Source: an uncultured Fibrobacterota bacterium
Lineage (GTDB): Bacteria > Fibrobacterota > Chitinivibrionia > Chitinivibrionales > FEN-1185
Assembly: GCA_963753345.1 (NCBI GenBank)
Contig: CAVWBU010000019.1
Coordinates: 1-64,000 of the forward strand
Length of the DNA stretch: 64,000 nucleotides
Direction of reading: 5' to 3'
A program made the position numbers and the translations under genes. The notes under the pieces were generated by a model. It was given only the letters and a program-made list of their open reading frames with translations. It had not been told where the DNA came from and ran no database searches. This document shows positions 56,982 to 64,000 of this stretch, in pieces. Positions within the stretch are counted from its first letter, which is position 1. Each line of letters begins with the position of its first letter.

Positions 56982-57962
56982 ATGAGAATCCTGCCACCCG
57001 CCCAGTATCTCCCCACGCTCAAGGGACTCGCTCACAATGTAATAAACCATGAGGCGGTGTTTCCCTTCTATGCCTCGTTCAAGCTCACCTCGCGCTGTCA
57101 TTTCGGCTGCCCGTTCTGCAACGTAAAGAACGACCGTGCGCCGGACCTCTCCACGGCCCAGGTGATGGCGGTTCTCGACAACCTTTCCCGCTCGTCCGTG
57201 CTCATGACGAGCTTCGAGGGCGGCGAGCCGCTCCTGAGGCAGGACATCGGCGAACTGCTGCAGTACGCGCGGAACCAATGCAGGTTTTACCTGCTGTTCA
57301 CCACGAGCGTGAAAAACGTTCTGGAGTACCCGCTTGAAGAATACGGGCGGAACATTGACTTTTTCCACATATCGATTGACGAAGGCCACAACAACCTCGA
57401 GCTGTTCGACGCCCTGCCCGCGCTGGTGCGCAGGGTGGAAAGCCAGGTATCGGTACAGGTGGTGGTGACGCGGCAGACCGTTGCCGCGCTTGAGGACAAG
57501 GTGAGGCGCGCACGCCTGGCGGGAGCAAACGTCGTTATCATCCCCGCCACCCATATGGACAACACCGACGACTGTTTCCCCGACATTGCCGCGCTCGAAA
57601 AGGTAGTGACCGGGCTCAGAAAAAAATATCCGTCCACGATCCACACGCCCGGCGGGTACTTCCGCGCTTTTCGCAAGGGCCGGTGCTCCTCGGCTTCCGT
57701 CATCATCGCGCCCGACGGCCGGCTGTACTATCCGTGCCACATTCTCGGGACCAAGGGCCCCGATCTCACCGTGGTGCAGCTTTCGAAATGGCTCGTGTCG
57801 TACGAGGCGAAAACCATGCGCGACACCATGCGGCGGTGCGAAAGGAACTGCGGATGGTACCAGTACTATTCGATTGATTCTTATACGTCAATAGGCTCGG
57901 TGTTTGAGGCGCTCGGGCCCATGCTGCGGCAGGGGAGACGGAACAGGGAGGTTGTGAAATAA
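56982..57962 (+). CDS. Radical SAM protein
   Basis: CHFGCPFC, FEGGEPLL, Cys-rich C-terminus. Confidence 0.88.
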   Translation: MRILPPAQYLPTLKGLAHNVINHEAVFPFYASFKLTSRCHFGCPFCNVKNDRAPDLSTAQVMAVLDNLSRSSVLMTSFEGGEPLLRQDIGELLQYARNQCRFYLLFTTSVKNVLEYPLEEYGRNIDFFHISIDEGHNNLELFDALPALVRRVESQVSVQVVVTRQTVAALEDKVRRARLAGANVVIIPATHMDNTDDCFPDIAALEKVVTGLRKKYPSTIHTPGGYFRAFRKGRCSSASVIIAPDGRLYYPCHILGTKGPDLTVVQLSKWLVSYEAKTMRDTMRRCERNCGWYQYYSIDSYTSIGSVFEALGPMLRQGRRNREVVK

Positions 57963-57968
57963 AAGAGA

Positions 57969-58349
57969 TTAACGCCGGAGAATCTGCAGCACATTCTTCA
58001 GTTCCTGGGCCACTTCCTCGATCAGGGGACCGTTCGGCGAGGTCGCGTTGTTGGTGCCGGCCGGATGCGTCGTGAGGTCGAGTTGCATCTGGCCCGGCAT
58101 GTCGAATTCTTTGGTCTCTGCGAGCTTCTTCTTCGCGCCCGGGATGGTGTATTGCTCTTCGTAAAGCAGGTACTTGATGTACCTGACGATTTCGATGTCC
58201 TTGTCCCGGTAGGCGCGGTTACCCGCCCGGTTCTTCTTGGGCCTCAACTGCGCGAATTCGCTTTCCCAGTACCGCAGCACATGGGGTTCGAGCGCGGTTG
58301 CGGCGCACACCTCGCTGATGGAATAGTATGTTTTCCCTTTGTCAAGCAT
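57969..58349 (-). CDS. MerR family HTH regulator
   Basis: YYSISEV...PHVLRYWESEF...GNRAY. Confidence 0.9.
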   Translation of the reverse strand: MLDKGKTYYSISEVCAATALEPHVLRYWESEFAQLRPKKNRAGNRAYRDKDIEIVRYIKYLLYEEQYTIPGAKKKLAETKEFDMPGQMQLDLTTHPAGTNNATSPNGPLIEEVAQELKNVLQILRR

Positions 58350-58494
58350 CAATGCGCCCCGTAATGGATTAGAAGGACGCCAGTTAGGACGTTTGTTTGA
58401 CGTTTATTCTTAAGACCAATTTATTATACAATATGACAAGAGACAGTGCACGTCTTTTTATCAAGAAGGCAGAATCAGGATAAAACGCGTCTAT

Positions 58495-58897
58495 GGGGGG
58501 AGGTCTACCCCGTCGGGTACTTCCAGGGGTCGTCCCTCTCGCTCCGGCCGCCTCAGTCGGCGTCCTCCGCTACCCCCTCCTGGGTGCACCCCAAGTGGAA
58601 GCAGTTGCAGAACCAGACACCTATGTGGGGGCACCCTTGGAGAGCAGTTGAAAAGTTGATGAGTCGAGAGTTTGAGAAGTTGACACGTTTACGTATGCGT
58701 CCTTTGGATACCGATTGGCGCGAGAAGAGATAATTGACTGATAAGATTTCTGTTGCCGCGCGCAAGGGCGGACTGAAGAGTGCGCTGGAGCGCATTGCCG
58801 CCTGATCCCTAGCCGAAGGCGGTTGGGACAGGCGGCAACGAGGCCGTTAGGCCGAGCTCGTAAGGAGGCCCGCCGCCGCAACGCGGCGGGGCGCCCA
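58495..58897 (-). repeat. Structured repeat, copy H (complete)
   Basis: The reverse complement reads TGGGCGCCCC...GCGCGCGGCAAC, linker close to copies A and D, then GGGTGCCCCCA...GGGGTGCACCC-AGGAGGGGGTAGCG. Confidence 0.9.
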
Positions 58898-58940
58898 AGT
58901 CTTTTCTATGAAACTGGAAGATGAAGATATAGAGTAACTA

Positions 58941-59957
58941 TCACCACCGCTCCGGCTTTGACTCCCGCAGCATCAGATCACGGAGCGCGTCTCTCACCGA
59001 TTTCCCCTCGAACAGCGTTTTGTAAACCTGGGTGGTGATGGGCATCTCTATGCCGTATTTCTGCGCGAGCGCATAGGCCGACCTCGCGGTTTCCACTCCC
59101 TCCGCAACCATAACGCTCTTTGCAAGAGCATCCTTGAGCGGCACGCCGGACGCGATGAGCTCGCCCAGGTTGCGGTTGCGCGAATGCCTGCTGATGCAGG
59201 TGGTGATAAGGTCGCCGATGCCGGTAAGGCCGAAAAAGGTCTGCTCCTGGGCGCCCATTTTTTCGCCCAGGCGCACGATTTCGGCCATGCCGCGGGTGAG
59301 TAGTGTGCCCTTGGTGTTGTCGCCGAGCCCGAGGCCGTCGCTGATGCCGGCCGCAAGCGCAATAACGTTCTTGACACTTGCGCCAAGCTCCACGCCCACC
59401 ACGTCGGTGTTGGTGTAAATGCGGAACGTATCGGTGGAGAATTCCTTCTGGATTTGCACGGCCAGGTCGAGGTTTTTCGACGCCGCGACCACGGTGGTGG
59501 GGATGCCGCGCGAAACTTCTGCGGCAAGCGACGGCCCCGAAAGCACCACGAGCCTCTTTTGCGACAGTCCAGGAATCTCGTCGGCAAGCACCTCGGTCAT
59601 GAGCTTGAGCGTGCCGCACTCGATCCCCTTTGCTGCAATCACCCAGCCCTGTACTTTGTCAATCGATTTCCGGTCGAGCGCGGCCACAAGGGTTTTGCAG
59701 GTGGGCCTCATGGTCTGCGACGGTACCACGCAGAGCACCAATTCGGCCGACGCCATGGCGTCGCGGATGTCGCTTGAAATAGCGACCTCGGGCGGGATCT
59801 TTATTCCCGGAAGTTTCTGCGGGTGCTCGCGCCGGCTCCTGAGCATGTCGGCGTCTTTCGGGTTGAACTCCCACATCCGCACGCCGTGCTTCTTTCCCGT
59901 CAGCATGACCGCAAGGGCGATGCCCCAGCTTCCTCCGCCGAGAATGGTGACGTTCAT
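58941..59957 (-). CDS. gpsA: NAD(P)H-dependent glycerol-3-phosphate dehydrogenase
   Basis: GGGSWG, LSGPS.A.EV, KNVIALAAG, GIGDLITTC.S..SRN. Confidence 0.96.
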   Translation of the reverse strand: MNVTILGGGSWGIALAVMLTGKKHGVRMWEFNPKDADMLRSRREHPQKLPGIKIPPEVAISSDIRDAMASAELVLCVVPSQTMRPTCKTLVAALDRKSIDKVQGWVIAAKGIECGTLKLMTEVLADEIPGLSQKRLVVLSGPSLAAEVSRGIPTTVVAASKNLDLAVQIQKEFSTDTFRIYTNTDVVGVELGASVKNVIALAAGISDGLGLGDNTKGTLLTRGMAEIVRLGEKMGAQEQTFFGLTGIGDLITTCISRHSRNRNLGELIASGVPLKDALAKSVMVAEGVETARSAYALAQKYGIEMPITTQVYKTLFEGKSVRDALRDLMLRESKPERW

Positions 59958-61351
59958 GGGACAGGCTCTCCTTTCGGTGACCGGGGTTCCAAGCCTTGTG
60001 CGGCTGCGTACGAGCGTTTACGGATGGGAACAAAATCGACCACCACAGGGCACCCGTCGAAATCAAAGGCCTCGTAGAGCTTGTTGACAAGGAATCTTTT
60101 GTACGACGCCACGGCGCTGCGCGGGTTGGTGGACACCACGTGAAACAGCGGGAACGGCGCATCAGCCTGGACGCACGAGACAATTTCGACATGCCTGTTC
60201 TCGCTTATCGGGTGCGGGTGGGCGGTGGTCCACTCCGCAACAAGGTCGCGGAGCTTTGCCGCGTCGACGCGCGTGTGCATGCGGCGCCGGATGTCCAGCG
60301 TCTTGTCGAGCACCGCCGTCACGCGCTGGCCCGTGATTGCCGAGGTCGACACCATGGGCGCGCGCGCAAGCTCCATGCTGCCCCTGCGGGTGCGCGCCAC
60401 AAGATGGTCGAAGGTCGTGTGGGTCTTGGCCACAAGATCCCATTTGTTCCAGCACACCAGAACGCCCTTGTGCAGGTCGCGGATTTTCCGCACGATGCGA
60501 AGGTCCTGCTCGTGAATGCCCTGCACCGCGTCAACGATGAGCGCTGCAACGTCGCAACGTCCTATGCTGTCGATGGCGCGCAGGTTGCAGTAGTACTCGA
60601 GGTCCTCTTTCACGTTCGCCTTCTTGCGCAGCCCGGCCGTGTCGATAAGGACCACGTCGTTGCCCTGGTAGGCGAGGCGCGAGTCTATGGAATCGCGGGT
60701 GGTGCCGGGGTCGGGACGGACGATCATGCGGCTCGCGCCGAGCAGCTTGTTGACAAGCGACGATTTTCCCGCGTTGGGCCTGCCGACCACGGCGATTTTG
60801 AGCGCGTCGCGGTCGTCAATGAAGGCGGACGATTTCGGTTCCTTGTTGCCGGTGCGCTTGAGCACGCTGCATACCGCGTCGAGCAGGTCGCCCACGCCGT
60901 AGCCGTGCAGCGCCGACACCGGATGGCCTTCGCCGAGCCCCAGTGCGACGAATGAGCCAAGATCGTACGGCGCGGCCTTGTGTTCCGATTTGTTAACAAC
61001 GAGAACGACGTTGTCCCTGCCTTGCTTGCGGAGGGAATGCGCCACGCGCCGGTCGATGTCGGTGATGCCGTCGCGCGCGTCCACGACGAACAGGATGACG
61101 CCGGCTTCTCCGCACGCGATGTTCACCTGCCGCTCCACGTCCGCCGCCATGCCGTCGCTTGACGAAGGGATAAGTCCGCCGGTGTCGGCGAGCGAGAAGG
61201 CGCACCCGTTCCACACCATGGGCCGGTAGTTCCTGTCGCGCGTGACGCCGGGCATGTCGTCCACCACGGCCACTTTCTTTCCGAGAATCCTGTTGAAAAG
61301 GCTGGATTTTCCCACGTTGGGCCTTCCAACGATGGATACGACGGGAAGCAC
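59954..61351 (-). CDS. der: Ribosome biogenesis GTPase Der (EngA)
   Basis: Two G domains: GRPNVGKS/DTGG and GRPNAGKS/DTAG/NKWD. Confidence 0.96.
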   Translation of the reverse strand: MLPVVSIVGRPNVGKSSLFNRILGKKVAVVDDMPGVTRDRNYRPMVWNGCAFSLADTGGLIPSSSDGMAADVERQVNIACGEAGVILFVVDARDGITDIDRRVAHSLRKQGRDNVVLVVNKSEHKAAPYDLGSFVALGLGEGHPVSALHGYGVGDLLDAVCSVLKRTGNKEPKSSAFIDDRDALKIAVVGRPNAGKSSLVNKLLGASRMIVRPDPGTTRDSIDSRLAYQGNDVVLIDTAGLRKKANVKEDLEYYCNLRAIDSIGRCDVAALIVDAVQGIHEQDLRIVRKIRDLHKGVLVCWNKWDLVAKTHTTFDHLVARTRRGSMELARAPMVSTSAITGQRVTAVLDKTLDIRRRMHTRVDAAKLRDLVAEWTTAHPHPISENRHVEIVSCVQADAPFPLFHVVSTNPRSAVASYKRFLVNKLYEAFDFDGCPVVVDFVPIRKRSYAAAQGLEPRSPKGEPVP

Positions 61352-61376
61352 GGCGCGGCTCTCCTTTGTTTCGATG

Positions 61377-62384
61377 CTAACAGATTCTGGGCAAAAGCTC
61401 GCCCGGCGGCATTTCGAGGGGTCTGGTTCCGCCGATGGCAGTCCTGAGCAGGACCGGGAATTTTCCGGCCTTGGCAACAACGCCGATGACGCACGCGTCC
61501 CTGCCTTCGGGATGGGCGCGCAGCGCGGCAACGGCGGCGTCGGCGTTTTCCGGGGGAACGATGGCGACAAACCGGCCTTCGTTTGCAATGTGCAGGGGGT
61601 CCATGCCGAGAAATGCGCACGCGCCGCGCACCACAGGCGGCACGGGCACGGCCGGTTCGTTGAGAATAATGCTCGCCTTGGAGGCCTGGGCGATCTCGTT
61701 GACCACCGCAGCAAGGCCGCCGCGCGTCGCGTCGCGGAGCGTGCGGGTGAGCGGCACGGCCGAAAGAAGCGCATCGGACAGGGCGAACAGCGGCGCGCAA
61801 TCGGACACGGCCGACGACGCGAAGCCAAGGTTTGCGCGTTGCGACAGCACGGTGATGCCGTGCAGGCCGATGCCGCCGCTCACGATCACCGCGTCGCCCG
61901 GCCTGGCGTTGGCGGCCGACAGCGATATGCCCACCTTGACGATGCCGATGCCCGCGGTGTTGATGAACATGCGGTCGGCTTTGCCCTTTTCAACGACCTT
62001 GGTGTCTCCGCACGCGATGCGCACGCCCTGCGCCGCGCACACGGCATAGAGCGACTTGAGCATCTTTGACAAAAGCGAACAGTCGAGCCCTTCCTCGAGG
62101 ATGAGCGACACCGAGAGGAGGATGGGCTTTGCCGCCATCATGGAAAGGTCGTTGATGGTGCCGCATGCCGCGAGCTTGCCGATGTCGCCGCCGGGAAATT
62201 CCAGCGGAGACACCACAAAGGAATCGGTGGAGAACGCGAAGCGGCGTCCCGGGATGTCGAAGATGAACGCGTCTTCCAGCGTTCCCACGCCGCCGGGGTG
62301 CAGCGCGGGGAACACCACGGTCTCGAGGAGCTCCTGGTTGCCTTTCCCGGAGCCGTGCGACATGCGGACGGTTGCGTTTGCCAT
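61377..62384 (-). CDS. hypE: Hydrogenase maturation protein HypE
   Basis: TDSFVVSP, GTINDL, DTKVV, RDATRGG, C-terminal PRIC. Confidence 0.96.
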   Translation of the reverse strand: MANATVRMSHGSGKGNQELLETVVFPALHPGGVGTLEDAFIFDIPGRRFAFSTDSFVVSPLEFPGGDIGKLAACGTINDLSMMAAKPILLSVSLILEEGLDCSLLSKMLKSLYAVCAAQGVRIACGDTKVVEKGKADRMFINTAGIGIVKVGISLSAANARPGDAVIVSGGIGLHGITVLSQRANLGFASSAVSDCAPLFALSDALLSAVPLTRTLRDATRGGLAAVVNEIAQASKASIILNEPAVPVPPVVRGACAFLGMDPLHIANEGRFVAIVPPENADAAVAALRAHPEGRDACVIGVVAKAGKFPVLLRTAIGGTRPLEMPPGELLPRIC

Positions 62385-62388
62385 GTTG

Positions 62389-63477
62389 TTAAGCCCCGTA
62401 CCTGAAATAGGCCGCGCACGATCCTTCGCTCGACACCATGCACGGGCCCACGGGATGCGCGGGCGTGCACGATGTTCCGAACAGCGGGCATTGATTCGGC
62501 CGCAGCCTGCCCTTGAGCACGTCCCCGCACGAACATTTGTCGGGCATGTCGGCGGGGCCGCCGCCGTCCTGGATGCCGAACCGTTGCGCCGCATCGAGCG
62601 TCGCGTACTCGGTCCTGAGGGCAAGGCCGCTTCCGGGCACCATGCCGATGCCGCGCCATATCGTGTCCGTCACGTCGAAAACTTTGTACATTGCGTCAAC
62701 CGCCCGCGGGTTTCCGTCCATTTTCACCACGCGCTGATACGCGTTGAGCACCGCCGCCTTTTTGTGGATGAGCATGTCGCATGCCATGGCGATGGCGCTG
62801 AGGATGTCGAGCGGTTCGAAGCCGGTTATCACCGAAGGAATGCCGAATTGCGAAAGGGGAAGATACGGCCGTTCGCCGATGACGGCGCTCACGTGGCCGG
62901 GGAGCAGGAAGCACGAGATGCCGAGCGCCGTGTCGGCGACAAGGGCCCCAAGCGCGGGCGGTACGGTCTTGTGCGACACGAGGAACGAGAGGTTCTTGAG
63001 ACCTTCCTGCTGGGCCATGACAACGGCCCGTGCCGTTGCCGGCGCCGTGGTCTCAAACCCCACGGCCAGAAAGACCGCCTGCTCGGCCGGGTGCCGCCGT
63101 GCGATATCGAGGGCGTGCAGGGGCGAGGTGACCACGTCGATCGCGGCGCCACTGGATTTCGCTTCGTCAAGCGACGTGCGCAGACCGGGCACCCTCACCA
63201 TGTCGCCGAAGGTGATGATCCTGGTGTTCTTCGACCGGGCAAAGGCCGCGGCCGCGTCGATGTATGCACCGGGCGTCACGCACACCGGACAGCCGGGTCC
63301 GGAAACGAGCTCGATGTTTTTGGGCAGCAGGGAACGGAGGCCGAGCCGGCCTATTTCCATGGTATGCGTGCCGCACACCTCCATGATGCGGACGCTGCCG
63401 AGCGAATCAGCGGCGCGCGAGATCCTGGCGAGCACGAGCTGTGCGGTTGATGGATCGGAAAAATCAACGAGGCCCAT
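62389..63477 (-). CDS. hypD: Hydrogenase maturation protein HypD
   Basis: MEVCGTHT, GPGCPVC, GFETT, PGHVS, GPCMVSSEGSC. Confidence 0.97.
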   Translation of the reverse strand: MGLVDFSDPSTAQLVLARISRAADSLGSVRIMEVCGTHTMEIGRLGLRSLLPKNIELVSGPGCPVCVTPGAYIDAAAAFARSKNTRIITFGDMVRVPGLRTSLDEAKSSGAAIDVVTSPLHALDIARRHPAEQAVFLAVGFETTAPATARAVVMAQQEGLKNLSFLVSHKTVPPALGALVADTALGISCFLLPGHVSAVIGERPYLPLSQFGIPSVITGFEPLDILSAIAMACDMLIHKKAAVLNAYQRVVKMDGNPRAVDAMYKVFDVTDTIWRGIGMVPGSGLALRTEYATLDAAQRFGIQDGGGPADMPDKCSCGDVLKGRLRPNQCPLFGTSCTPAHPVGPCMVSSEGSCAAYFRYGA

Positions 63478-63700
63478 TTTCGTCCGCCGTTTGAACGAGT
63501 TCCTTTAATAGCTCGAGCGTTATCTTCGCCTCCTTCTCGTCGTATTTCTGGATGGCGAGGCCCGCATGGACCATCACGTAATCTCCCACCCCGGCTTTTT
63601 CCAGGAGCGAAATGTCGGCCGTGGTCGTATTGCCGAGCATGTCGACCGTGGCCAAAGGCCCGGAAATGGAAACGATTTTCGCAGGGACGGCGAGGCACAT
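63464..63700 (-). CDS. hypC: Hydrogenase chaperone HypC
   Basis: MCLAVPAK, VGDYVMVHAG.A. Confidence 0.96.
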   Translation of the reverse strand: MCLAVPAKIVSISGPLATVDMLGNTTTADISLLEKAGVGDYVMVHAGLAIQKYDEKEAKITLELLKELVQTADENGPR

Positions 63701-64000
63701 GGTGGCGTCTGGCTTTCCGGTGATGGTGAGGGGTAAAAATACTACGTCCCTGGGGCGGGCTGAGGATTTTTTAGGGAGGGCTAGGAGCGGTCTGAGGTGA
63801 GGATGCGCCGTCCTAAAATTAAAACCTGAGGTGTATCCGTGCTCCAAGGTGAACGTAATACAGAAAATTCAAATTGTCGGTTGTTTTTCCGTCTGGATCG
63901 TAAAAAAGGTTCTTCAGATCGGAGAAGAGAACGTACACATCATATTGCATGAGCGTTCTGTTTTCCGGAACCGGTTCGCACAATTGGAACTTTAGGTCAA

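Noticed and set aside
61352-61828. N-terminal extension of Der (and similar ones for pgk, pyrD, hypE, tig and the rhodanese)
   Set aside because: These overlap upstream genes, a tRNA or intergenic DNA. Family-typical starts lie downstream.

Overview
Chromosomal bacterial DNA with GC-rich genes. The gene families suggest a Fibrobacterota/Chitinivibrionales-like anaerobe, but that placement is inference. Housekeeping blocks: tRNA-Leu-tig-clpP-clpX, tRNA-Ala, gap-pgk-tpiA-secG-tRNA-Leu, kdsA, rlmN, pyrK-pyrD and hypCDE-der-gpsA. Envelope systems: an Mla/Pqi-type ABC operon with an extra outer-membrane gene, exbB-exbD-exbD-tonB plus a TonB-C-fused receptor, GtrA/YfhO and an SLBB protein. Secreted glycoside hydrolases: GH18 x2, GH5, GH3 and GH128. 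Also present are two tandem paralogous putative outer-membrane proteins, a Ser/Thr kinase-TPR/ParA pair and an MNT-HEPN toxin-antitoxin pair. The most striking unexplained signal is non-coding: a dispersed family of structured intergenic elements (about 400-490 nt when complete) at 8 loci, in both orientations. Each complete copy has two hairpin-rich modules whose stems show compensatory changes. The copies are mosaics of one another and host smaller repeats, including a 27-nt hairpin inserted three times at GGTC|TC, GTAG/GTGG REP-like palindromes and boxC-like hairpins. No transposase is encoded in the window. Four apparent +1 frameshifts (GH3, DUF4404-like, TonB receptor, rlpA) are most likely read or assembly indels.
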